A stretch of DNA of 62,919 nucleotides, the filler included, from Octopus bimaculoides (Eukaryota), in NCBI RefSeq assembly GCF_001194135.2. It is 4 parts of 3 records of this genome, joined end to end, with 100 filler letters (N's around TTAATTAATTAA, not from the genome) between each part and the next. Parts side by side here need not be neighbours in the genome. Positions count along the whole stretch, not along the records: positions 20,344 to 31,154 come from NC_069005.1; positions 31,255 to 53,665 come from NC_068990.1; 2 more parts are not named here. One strand, written 5' to 3'. Numbering within the stretch: the first letter of the stretch is position 1; each line of letters begins with the position of its first letter. Shown here one piece after another: positions 25,999 through 37,677 of the stretch. The notes under the pieces are model-generated. The model was not told the origin of the DNA, did no database searches, and was given only the letters and a program-made list of their open reading frames with translations. A program made the translations under genes and the position numbers.

Positions 25999-27021
25999 CA
26001 TAACGAACTTCTTCCAGTTTTTGTTTATCAAATCCACTCATAAGGTTTTGGTCAGCCCAAGGGTTATAGAAAAAGACACTTGCCCAAGGTGCCATACAGT
26101 GGGACTGAACCTGGAGCCATGTGGTTAGGAAGCAAGCTTCTTATTTCTTTACTGCCCACAAGGGGCTAAACATAGAGGGGACAAACAAGGACAGACAAAG
26201 GGATTAAGTCGATTACATTGACCCCAGTGTGTAACTGGTACTTAATTTATCGACCCTGAAAGGATGAAAGGCAAAGTCGACCTCGGCGGAATTTGAACTC
26301 AGAACGTAACGGCAGACGAAATACCGTTAAGCATTTCGCCCAGCTTCTTACCACACCAGCCAAGCTTGCAACTGTGCCATGCCTGTGCCTGTTAATTTGA
26401 TGTTTGAAACATAAATTAACCATGAAATTTTGACAGAAGTTTTTTAGACCACAAGCTGTCCTTATCCCTGAAAATACCATAGCAAGTCTTTTTCCCCTTC
26501 TCTCTTCTCCCCAGCATTGCTACACACTTTGCAACAAAATTTATTGGAAGGTAACACATCCCTCAATGATAATGGTTTCATGTTTTAGGCTCAAGGCCAG
26601 CAATTTTAAGGAAGTTAATTACATCAACTCCAGGGCTCAACTGGTACTGGTTTTATCGCTCCTGGAAGGATGAAAGGTAAAGTTGCCCTTGGCTGTATTT
26701 GAACTTCAGAATGTAAGAAGTTTGACAAAATGCTGCCAGACATTTTAACCAATGCTCTCCAAAGATTCTGGCTAATAATTAACATAACAAGATTACATAA
26801 TGTTAGTAATAGTAATTATGGTAGTGAGATTAACATTTAAGATAGATAGGTAAAATGGTGGTGGTGTAGAATGAAAATGTCAGCAATAGTTATAGATGGA
26901 ACTAGTAATTAAGAATCTGACGAAATGGAACCAATTATAAAGTTATGAAATTTCAAATGTAAGGACATTCCAAAATTAAATAAATTATGGTGAAATGTTA
27001 TGAAATATTCTAACCCTATAG

Positions 27022-27740
27022 TGCAGACATGACTGTGTGGTAAGAAGCTTGCTTCCTAACCACATAGTTCTGGGTTCAGTCCTGCTGTGTGGCACTATTG
27101 GCAGGCGTCTTCTTCTGTAGCCTCAAGTGAATGGATTTGGTAGACGGAAACTGCAGGAAGCCTGTTGTGTGCCAGTGACACGTAAAAAAGCACCCAACAC
27201 ACTCTGTAAAGTGGTTGGCATTAGGAAGAGCATCCAGCCATAGAAATCATGCCAAAACAGACAATTGAAGCCAGGACAGCTCTCTGGCTGGCCAGCTCCT
27301 GTCAAATCATCCAACCCATGCCAGCATGAAAAGCAGACATTAAATGGTGATGATGATGATGACGACAACGTGTGTGTGTTTACATCCCCATAACTTAGCG
27401 GTTTGGCAAAAAAAAACAACGTAAAAAGTACTGGGATCAATTCATTCCACTAAAAAAAAAAATCCTTCAAGGTGGTGCCCCAGCTTGGCCACAGTCTAAT
27501 GATTGAAACGAGTAAATGGTAAGAATATATCATCATCATTTAGGAGTGACTGTGTGGTAAGTAGCTTGCTTACCAACCACATGGTTCCGGGTTCAGTCCC
27601 ACTCTGTGGCACCTTGGGCAAGTGTCTTCTATGGCCCCAGGTTGACCAAAACCTTGTGTGTGGATTTGGTTCACAGAAACTGAAAGAAGCCTATCGTGTA
27701 TGTGTGTGTGTGTGTGTGTGTGTTTGTCCCCTCACTATCA
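27022..27740 (+). mobile_element. Cluster of family B SINE pieces with a nested RTE tail
   Basis: Head 27022-27170, RTE tail 27175-27365, SINE tail 27370-27520, second head 27543-27740. Confidence 0.65.
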
Positions 27741-27778
27741 CTTGTATTTATGTATATATATATATATCTGTGTGTGTG

Positions 27779-28229
27779 TACATGAAAAGTTCCTGGCTTT
27801 GGGTAAAAGAAATTACAGGGGAATCGGTCGATAGATTTTATTCAACATATTCCCCTCTCAAATTCATACACTTATTGCTGTAGTTCTTCAGTTTTTCTAA
27901 GCCCTGTGAAAAGAACTGGAAGCTTGTGCCTCCAAGCAGGCCTTTCACGATACCCTTGACGTCAGGAAATTTTCCATACCCCCTTGTGTATTCATGTATA
28001 TATATGTGTGTGTATATTGCACACAAAGTTCCTGGCTTTGGGTTAAAAGAAATTACAGGAGTATCGGTTAATTATGATTTCCTTCAACATATTTCCCCTC
28101 AGACTCACACACTAATTGCAGTGGTCCTTCAGTTTTTCTAAGCCCTGTAAAAGAACTCAGAAGGTTGGGTCTCCAACCAGGCCTTTCGCGATACCTTTAA
28201 AGCCAGGAACTTTTCAACACTCCCTTATA
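27779..28229 (-). mobile_element. Two tandem ~200-bp mariner-derived MITE copies (27779-27990, 28025-28229)
   Basis: Both start AAAGTTCCTGGCTTTGGG; the second ends AGCCAGGAACTTTTCAACACTCCC. The interior encodes FFSQGLEKLKNYSNKCMNLRGEYVE*, a mariner C-terminus. Confidence 0.8.
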
Positions 28230-28391
28230 GAATGGTGATGAACCTTGGACTCTGCCACAAGAATACGCAAAGTTCTTTACTATAATCTAAACAATATTGT
28301 TATCCTGGTGTAATAGTGGAATGCTTATAAAGTATTTTACTTGGATTGTTAACCTCTCAGTAGTAAGTCTGTCTGTGTGTATGTATGTATG

Positions 28392-28438
<47 letters not shown>

Positions 28439-29356
28439 GTATGTATAATGCAAATTTTTTGTTGCTGTAATTAGTCATGTGGCTTAACCTAAATTATTTT
28501 ATATAGGCACAAAAAAATTTATTTTACATCAATTTGCATTTTCTGATTGAGCCTGTGTTGTTGGGGGTGAGGCCGGGATTTGTGATAAACAGCCATTCCC
28601 TGTCCATTCATTGGTTGGTTTCAGCTATGGTGTCTACTTAGAATCTAGGTAGGGCTTCTATCCTGCTTATGGATTGGATTCCTAGAAGCAGTTAGCTGAA
28701 TGGAAATGTTTTGTGGAATTCACTGGGTTTTTTTTTTTTTTTTTTTTTTTTCAATGATTTGACCTTAATCCCNNNNNNNNNNNNNNNNNNNNNNNNNNNN
28801 NNNNNNNNNNNNNNNNNNNNNNNNNNNNNNNNNNNNNNNNNNNNNNNNNNNNNNNNGGTATTGATTAACCTACCTCAAAACCACTGGCTTTTGTGCCTAA
28901 ATTAAAAAAAAAAAACAAAAAAAAATTGTTTTTGACAATTATTTTGAGTTGTCTTAACTCTATACATTCTGAGTTCAATACCTGCTCAGGTCAGCTTTGC
29001 TTTTCATCCTTCTGGGGTTGATAAAATAAGATACCAGTTAACAAGTAGGGTTGATATAGTCAATTATACCCCACCCCCCCAAACTGAAACAATTATAGTC
29101 TTGTAGCTGTGTTAAAAATTATTAAATTTCTAGCCTTATGTCTACATTAGAAATTATTATTCGACTTTGCCTTTCATCTTTTCGAGATTGATAAAATAAG
29201 TACAAGCTGATGACTGGTACTTATTTTATCCCATGGAATTGCTTGTGGTTGGCATTAGGAAGGTCATCCAGCCAGAGAAACCATTCCAAAGCAGACATGT
29301 GCATGATGTAATCCCTGGGCTTAAAATTCCATGCCATTATGGAATGTAGACATTAA

Positions 29357-29785
29357 CCCCATAGCATTTAAATCGGTCATATCAGGCCCTAATATTCTAC
29401 CTATTCTAAAAGGTGGCAAGCTGTCAGAAACATTAGCACGCCGGGCGAAATGCTTAGCAGTATTTACGTTCTGAGTTCAAATTCCGCCAAGGTTGATTTT
29501 TGCCTTTCATCCTTTCGGGGTCAGTAAATTTTTTGCATACTGGGGTTGATCTAATCGACCGGCCCCCTCCCCCAAAAATTTTGTGCCTAGAGTAGAAAAG
29601 AATATTCTACTTGTTCTGTGTTCGATCTGGCTAGATCTGGCCTCTCGCACCCACTCTACAATGTCATTCTAAAAATAATCACATCATTGAAATCTCAAAA
29701 CTATAAGATAATAATGCATGATGAATTCAAAACGATATGGATGAATAAGCATTATGGTTGATAGAGTAAGTTGAATGATATTGGG
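29357..29785. mobile_element. piggyBac-like MITE interrupted by a SINE (29408-29600)
   Basis: TTAA|CCCCATAGC...TTGGG|TTAA. The inserted SINE is flanked by a 17-bp TSD, AATATTCTAC(C/T)T(A/G)TTCT. Confidence 0.7.
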
Positions 29786-29864
29786 TTAAAGAATAATGAT
29801 GATGAAAATGTACGAGTGTTTGTGGTTGAGAAGAAAATCTGTATTTCTAATCCCAAACGCCAAC

Positions 29865-29895
<31 letters not shown>

Positions 29896-31254
29896 NNNNN
29901 NNNNNNNNNNNNNNNNNNNNNNNNNNNNNNNNNNNNNNNNNNNNNNNNNNNNNNNNNNNNNNNNNNNNNNNNNNNNNNNNNNNNNNNNNNNNNNNNNNNN
30001 NNNNNNNNNNNNNNNNNNNNNNNNNNNNNNNNNNNNNNNNNNNNNNNNNNNNNNNNNNNNNNNNNNNNNNNNNNNNNNNNNNNNNNNNNNNNNNNNNNNN
30101 NNNNNNNNNNNNNNNNNNNNNNNNNNNNNNNNNNNNNNNNNNNNNNNNNNNNNNNNNNNNNNNNNNNNNNNNNNNNNNNNNNNNNNNNNNNNNNNNNNNN
30201 NNNNNNNNNNNNNNNNNNNNNNNNNNNNNNNNNNNNNNNNNNNNNNNNNNNNNNNNNNNNNNNNNNNNNNNNNNNNNNNNNNNNNNNNNNNNNNNNNNNN
30301 NNNNNNNNNNNNNNNNNNNNNNNNNNNNNNNNNNNNNNNNNNNNNNNNNNNNNNNNNNNNNNNNNNNNNNNNNNNNNNNNNNNNNNNNNNNNNNNNNNNN
30401 NNNNNNNNNNNNNNNNNNNNGGGTTTCCCCATGTTTGCTCTCGATCAACCCTTAGTGTTCTGTAATCAGAAGTATTGCAATGTATGTATGTGTGTGTGTG
30501 TATGTTTGTGTGTCTGTGTTTGTCTCCCTAGCATTGCTTGACAACCAATGCTGGTGTGTTTACGTCCCCGTCACTTAGCGGTTTGGCAAAAAGAGACCGG
30601 TAGAATAAGTACTAGGCTTACAAAGAATAAGTCCCGGGGGTCGATTTGTTCGACTAAAGGCAGTGCTCCAGCATGGCCGCAGTCAAATAACTGAAACAAG
30701 TAAAAGAGTAAAGGAGTATATTTCTGCTGAAATATACTGCCCCTGTTAGAAATTATTTCGAAAACAATGAAAAATTTAGTAAAATAACCTTTTTGGTTAA
30801 CTGAGCTGATGATGGGAACCTCAGAAATTTTGATGGCAAATTTTATTTTGGATCTCTTTAAAACAGGGAATTTCTATCAAAGAACCAAGGTCTGTCTTGC
30901 CTGGGTGTTGAACTACGTACCCCGAGATACTCTGAAAAGAAATGCATCTCATTTTCTTGTGTATTTTTCTTTCTAAGCTAGTGTGTGTCTGAGTGGTGGG
31001 GGTAGATTTAAAAATTTAGCTGTTGTTTCTAGCAAGTTGACTCCCCTCCCTTTTTTTTTTGTTTACTGCCTTTGTTTCAAATAATTTTGAAAATAAAAAC
31101 TTCGGTAAAATAACCCCAGGGGAACATAAATCAATGAGAAATTTTGATGGCAAANNNNNNNNNNNNNNNNNNNNNNNNNNNNNNNNNNNNNNNNNNNNTT
31201 AATTAATTAANNNNNNNNNNNNNNNNNNNNNNNNNNNNNNNNNNNNNNNNNNNN

Positions 31255-31487
31255 GGCACATAAAAGACACCATTTCGAGCGTGGCCGTTTTCGTGCGGGT
31301 GACACGTAAAAGCACCCACTACACTCTCTGAGTGGTTGGCGTTAGGAAGGGCATCCAGCTGTAGAAACTCTGCCAAATCAGACTGGAGCCTGGTGTTGCC
31401 ATCCGGTTTCACCAGTCCTCAGTCAAATCGTCCAACCCATGCTAGCATGGAAAGCGGACGTTAAACGATGATGATGATGATGATGAT
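31255..31487 (+). mobile_element. RTE LINE 3' tail with (GAT)n end
   Basis: CCAACCCATGCTAGCATGGAAAGCGGACGTTAAACGATGATGATG. Same tail at 21095-21220(-), 27175-27365(+), 32540-32820(-), 39036-39080(+), 40810-40925(-), 42240-42332(-) and 45005-45130(-). Confidence 0.75.
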
Positions 31488-32011
31488 ATATATATATATA
31501 TATGGTTGTTATATTTTTTTGATACCATAATAGGTCAGATAGGATGATGTCTATATTACAATAACCAATAATATGTTGTGCATGTATAGTAATACAACAA
31601 TCATGAAATTAGCATAAGTTTATCTCACTTTTTCTCATGGAACCCTAGGGTTTGGAGGAACTCCAGTTGAGAAACACTGCTCTAACCACTGAGCCATGCA
31701 TCCTTTATTAGCTTGCATTATATGTGGGGTAATTAATCTAGATGCTGCAAAACCACTTAATCTGGCCTTTTACCACTGTGCAAAGTTTTATCGGCACTTT
31801 GGCAATGGATAGTGTTGAAGATGTAGTTTCAGTAATATATAATAATAATATGGCTGTATTGATTAATGGGTGAGGTAAAGAAGTAGTTGTACTAATTGCT
31901 TCTACAACCATACAATAGTCTTTAACAGCAGATATATGTACAGTGGTCATGAATGACCATGGAGCATGCAAATTCACAAACTGTATCAATAAAGAAGTAT
32001 AAACCTCTTAC

Positions 32012-32094
32012 TTTCTCAAAGCTATGTTGATGTCCCTGAAACAATTTCAGACAGCGCTCCTGAGGCGCAAATGGTCGTACATCCCAAATTCGCA
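32012..32094 (-). CDS. SNRNP40: SNRNP40 coding exon 6 (83 nt, VRIWDVRPFAPQERCLKLFQGHQHSFEK)
   Basis: ttccag acceptor, GTAAGA donor. WDVRPFAP.ERC motif is characteristic of U5-40K. Confidence 0.96.
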
Positions 32095-32207
32095 CTGGAA
32101 AAAAAGAAAGAAAAACTGAAAACACCTAAATTAAAACAAATTAACTATTAGAAGTAATTAATAAATAGCACATAGCAATTTTTAGCCCATGATTTAATGT
32201 TATTTAA

Positions 32208-32379
32208 CCCTTTAGCGTTCAGATTACTCTGTCAAGTGTAATGCTTATTTACACAGTTTTGTATTAATCATGCATTATCGTATATTGTAAGGTAGGTGTA
32301 AGAGGCCAGATTTGGCTAGTTTAAACATAAAAGAAGTAGAATATTTAGGCCAGATATGGCCAGTTTCAATGCTAAATGG
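32208..32379. mobile_element. piggyBac-like MITE (TTAA-flanked)
   Basis: TTAA|CCCTTTAGC...GCTAAATGG|TTAA. The same family recurs at several sites in this window. Confidence 0.7.
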
Positions 32380-32838
32380 TTAAATAGGACAGGAATGAAA
32401 ATAAGAGGAAAAATTACTTAATCACTTTGTAATCAGCTTTGTAAGGAAAATCTGTAAACTAGTACTTGATTTAGAGAAATAGTTAAGCAAATAATGTGAT
32501 ATGAACCTTGAAATTTTTGATGGGAATATTAAGAGGTAACACCATTTAATGTCCGTTTTCCATGCTGGCATGGGTTAGATGGTTTGTTAGGAATGGTGAG
32601 CAAGGACAGTGTCCCTCTCTGTCTGCTTTGGCATGGTTTCTATGACTCAATGTCCTTCCTAATACCAACCACTTTATAAAGTGTACTGGGTGCTTCTGAC
32701 ATGGCACAGCACCAGTGAAGTTGCCAAGTAACTAGCAAGACTAAGAACTCTCAAATGAAACATGGAGTGAGTATTTAGGGAGGTGGCTCTGTGTCTGATG
32801 GAAGTACGATAGGAGGACAGAAACAGGTATATTGCTGT

Positions 32839-33067
32839 AAGGTGGTGAGCTGGCAGAAACATTAGCACACTGGGCGAAATGCTTAGTGGTATTTCGTCTG
32901 CCATTACGTTCTGAGTTCAAATTCCGAGATCAACTTTGCCTTTCATCCTTTCGGGGTCAATAAATTAAGCACCAGTTACGCACTGGGTCGATGTAATCGA
33001 CTTAATCCCTTTGTCTGTCCTTGTTTGTCACCTCTGTGTTTAGCCCCATGTGGGCAATAAAGAAATA
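32839..33067 (+). mobile_element. Family C SINE, full length with 20-bp TSD, nested in an RTE 3'UTR
   Basis: TSD AGAAACAGGTATATTGCTGT at 32819-32838 and 33068-33087. Box B-like GAGTTCAAAT, body TTTGCCTTTCATCCTTTCGGGGTC. Other copies at about 729-1070, 10177-10395, 26144-26342, 26575-26770, 41215-41425 and 47170-47365. Confidence 0.8.
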
Positions 33068-34324
33068 AGAAACAGGTATATTGCTGTGGAAGGGATACAT
33101 GGTTACCCCATCTGGAAAAGTGGAGAGAAAATGGTGGTAAAGATGTGTAATCAAACTTAGCCAGAAATCACTCAACTAAAATCAAACACATTTCAATCCA
33201 AATATCAAATATTTAAGTAATGTATTTATAATTTATCAAAATAAAAGAATAAGCTTATATTTTTTTAAAGTATTTTTGTGTAGGTTTACAAAGGCAGCAC
33301 GAAAGAAAAATCAAACGAGATTAAAAGTGAGATCACGAAAACAGTAAAATGGATTCGTTTTTCCACTTAGTTTCCACCTTGGCATTGTATATCAGCTAAA
33401 AAAAACAAAATTTCAAAACATCTAAACAAAGTTATTGTTCAATCTAAAGTTACCAATTATACACTAAAATAAGATCTAAATTGAAAAAAATATTTATGAA
33501 ACACCTATGCTTCATATATTTCTTTGGGATATAGTATAATGATGGATTAATGAGTCGGTGAGATACAGCTGTTTTAAAAATGACAGTATAGGGTTTGACA
33601 TCATTTAAAAGTGGTAAATACAAGGAGTTGTCTCCCATGTCACTTTCCGTTTCATAATCATGTAAATTATACTCTTCCATCGAAAATTTCACGTTAATTT
33701 ACGTTCTAAGCACCAACTTAATAACCATAAAGTAATTTTCTAAATTCTTCATTATTTTCAAAATTAACCAAAACAAAAGCAATGTATTTCAACAGATATC
33801 GGCTAACAAAAGCGTTAAGTCATATGACTAAAGTAGTTCTCTATCCTTTTGACTTAGAGACACCGAAAATAAAACAAAATTATTTTATCACTTCACCTGT
33901 AAAACCAAAAGATCTACATTTTAAAATTCAGAAAAACATACAGAAAGCCATTGCTTTACTTGTTATACTGAAGTTTAATTCTGTTACACAAAGATCATCG
34001 CCATCTTACCAGCAAGTGAGGTGGAAAAACAGAATTTAACGACCATTTTTCCATACTTACATAGGTTGGAAGAGGGGAATGTATCTGAGGCAAAGTTTTG
34101 TGGTCAGATGCTCGTCTCATCGTCAACCCATACCTATTTTATAAGTAAGAAATTCTTTATTCCCCAGTGCACTGAAAGTGCATAGTGACCAGACGTAATG
34201 TAGGCAAGGCTTTATAAACTTCACTTGCCATTTTGCTCAAGTGAAATAGTGTCAACATCCACAAGTAATTACAGTGTGTGTGTAATTACTTGTGTATATT
34301 AACACTATACATACATACATACAT

Positions 34325-36840
34325 TACCTGTTACCGACCGTACCTTATTAAACTGTACCAGCAAGCCCTCAATGGAGATGGCAGCATACCAGACTGGTTG
34401 GCTCTGGCGGAAACAAAGCTTGTTCCGAAAAGCAAGGAAACCCAATTGACAAAAAATTACAGGCCTATTGCATGCCAAAATTTAATGTATAAGATTTATA
34501 CAGCATGCCTAAACAGATTCCTCCAGGACCACTGTGAAAACAATAGTATAATCACAGCTGAACAAGCAGCTGGGAAGAAAGGAGTCTGGGGATGTACTGA
34601 ACAATTCCTTATAAATAAGGCAGTAATGACGGAGGTACGGCAGCACAGAAGAAATCTGGTCTCCATGTGGCTTGACTATAAAAAAGCCTTCGACTCTGTC
34701 CCCCATTCGTGGATGATAGAAGCCCTCCGACTTGCTAAAGTCCCAGGGAACTTGATTAATGCCATATCTAACCTGACATCTTCCTGGGCCNNNNNNNNNN
34801 NNNNNNNNNNNNNNNNNNNNNNNNNNNNNNNNNNNNNNNNNNNNNNNNNNNNNNNNNNNNNNNNNNNNNNNNNNNNNNNNNNNNNNNNNNNNNNNNNNNN
34901 NNNNNNNNNNNNNNNNAGGAGACAGCCTCTCTGTGATGCTGTTCATACTGTCGGTAAACCCATTATCATACATGCTGAAGAAGTCTGAAGGGTATCTAAT
35001 TGGAACGCAGGCAAACAGAAACACCAAAATTACGCACTGCTTCTTTGTCGATGATTTGAAATTGTATGCCAAGAACATGGATGATATGAAAAAAAGCCTC
35101 GACTTGGTCACAACATTTTCTGGTGATGTAGGACTAGAGTTTGGCCAAGATAAATGTTCCTATATGGTTGTGGAACGAGGAAAGGCTAAAAACCACCCTA
35201 ACAACATCTCCATCAATGGCCTATCTGTTTCTCCAATATCTGATGAGGAATCCTACAGATACCTGGGAGTAGATGAAAACGTATTATATGAAGGTACCTG
35301 TAACAAAGAACGTGTTACTAAGGAATCCAGAAATCGGGTTAGGAAAATATGGACCTCGGAACTCATACCGACATTCGGGATACTTGACTGGACGATCGAT
35401 GAAATCCGAGCCCTTGATGTGAAGACCCGAAAAATACTAACGAGCACGAACAACTTTCACATCAATAGCGATGTAGACCGCCTATACCTAAAACGAAATA
35501 AAGGAGGGAGGGGCCTAACATCAATTCAGACTGCCTTTGAATGCCATGTCATATCTCTTCGACNNNNNNNNNNNNNNNNNNNNNNNNNNNNNNNNNNNNN
35601 NNNNNNNNNNNNNNNNNNNNNNNNNNNNNNNNNNNNNNNNNNNNNNNNNNNNNNNNNNNNNNNNNNNNNNNNNNNNNNNNNNNNNNNNNNNNNNNNNNNN
35701 NNNNNNNNNNNNNNNNNNNNNNNNNNNNNNNNNNNNNNNNNNNNNNNNNNNNNNNNNNNNNNNNNNNNNNNNNNNNNNNNNNNNNNNNNNNNNNNNNNNN
35801 NNNNNNNNNNNNNNNNNNNNNNNNNNNNNNNNNNNNNNNNNNNNNNNNNNNNNNNNNNNNNNNNNNNNNNNNNNNNNNNNNNNNNNNNNNNNNNNNNNNN
35901 NNNNNNNNNNNNNNNNNNNNNNNNNNNNNNNNNNNNNNNNNNNNNNNNNNNNNNNNNNNNNNNNNNNNNNNNNNNNNNNNNNNNNNNNNNNNNNNNNNNN
36001 NNNNNNNNNNNNNNNNNNNNNNNNNNNNNNNNNNNNNNNNNNNNNNNNNNNNNNNNNNNNNNNNNNNNNNNNNNNNNNNNNNNNNNNNNNNNNNNNNNNN
36101 NNNNNNNNNNNNNNNNNNNNNNNNNNNNNNNNNNNNNNNNNNNNNNNNNNNNNNNNNNNNNNNNNNNNNNNNNNNNNNNNNNNNNNNNNNNNNNNNNNNN
36201 NNNNNNNNNNNNNNNNNNNNNNNNNNNNNNNNNNNNNNNNNNNNNNNNNNNNNNNNNNNNNNNNNNNNNNNNNNNNNNNNNNNNNNNNNNNNNNNNNNNN
36301 NNNNNNNNNNNNNNNNNNNNNNNNNNNNNNNNNNNNNNNNNNNNNNNNNNNNNNNNNNNNNNNNNNNNNNNNNNNNNNNNNNNNNNNNNNNNNNNNNNNN
36401 NNNNNNNNNNNNNNNNNNNNNNNNNNNNNNNNNNNNNNNNNNNNNNNNNNNNNNNNNNNNNNNNNNNNNNGGGGCATTGGGATATGTAACGAACTGCTTC
36501 AACAAAAACCTGGAAAAATTAGGGTTCTCAAAACCTGAAAGAAAAAAGCTGATTAGAAGACTACAGATTCAAGCCATCAATGGAACTGTAAAGATATGTA
36601 AAACTTTACAAAAATTTAGCACATAAATACATATGCATGCATCTAGACATAAAAACGCATCCATAATACAAACATACAAATCTGCGCATACACTAACACC
36701 AAATACTGCACACACACACACACATATGCACAAATACATAGATGATGTTGATAAAAGTTCCAATGAAGGAGCCTTGAATCTATGTTAGAGTCCGGCTCTT
36801 TCTCTATGGACAAGAAATACAGAAATGAAACTGATTGATA
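34325..36840 (+). mobile_element. 5'-truncated R4/Dong-type (RLE) non-LTR retrotransposon in SNRNP40 intron 5, antisense to host gene
   Basis: RT motifs NYRPIACQNLMYK, WLDYKKAFDSVPHSW, GDSLSVMLF, FFVDDLKLYAK, YRYLG and RLYLKRNKGGRGL. C-terminal GALGYV...KFST stop at 36624-36626, then ~215 bp 3'UTR. No stops in the three sequenced segments; two N gaps. Confidence 0.88.
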
Positions 36841-36859
36841 ACATACATACATATATATA

Positions 36860-37385
36860 TATATTTATACGATGGGCTTTCTACAGTTTTTACATGTCAA
36901 ATTCACTCATAAAACATTGGTTGAGTCGAGGCTACAATAGAAGACACTTGTCGAGGGTGTTGCATGCACTGAGCCCAAAACTAAGTGGTCCTGAAGTAAA
37001 CTTTCATCTTCACAGCCATGTCTGCATTTGAATGATTTAAAAAAAAAAAAAAGCTAACTACTATAGGGGCAGGTGTGGCTGTGTGGTAAAATGCTTACTT
37101 CCCAACCATGTGGTTCCAGGTTCAGTTCCACTGTGTAGCGCCTTGTGAGTGGATTTGGTAAACAGAAACTGAAAGAAGCCCATCAGATGTGTGTGTGTCT
37201 GTGTTGTCCACCACCACCATTTGACATCTGGTGTTGGTGTGTACTTACATCCCCCATAACATAGTGGATCAGCAAAAGACACCAATAGAATAAGTATCAG
37301 GCTTTAAAATAATACTGGAGTCACTTCATTTGACTAAAAACTTCTCAAGGCTAAAGTCTAATGATTGAAACAAGGAAAAGATACT
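36860..37385. mobile_element. Head-to-head pair of family B SINEs (36860-37030 minus, 37066-37385 plus)
   Basis: Reverse-complementary heads separated by ~35 bp. Confidence 0.7.
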
Positions 37386-37677
37386 TAAGTACAGTTAAAC
37401 ACAGAACTGCTGGTGTTGGTATCATTATGAAATCCACCCAGAACACTATAAAATGGTTATGACATGAGCTGAGACGTGGCAAGAGAGGACTCTTTAGTGT
37501 TATTAAGAGCATGACAATCTCTCTCTCTCTCTCTCTAGTGCTGCAATAAACTGCCTCCAAAGAAGTGGTTGCTGATAGGAAGAGCATCCAATCATAGAAG
37601 CCAAATCAAAAATAAAATGTGCAAGCCAGGTTTGATCCTCCAAGCCATCTCGGAGAGTAATAGAATAAGTCCTGACA

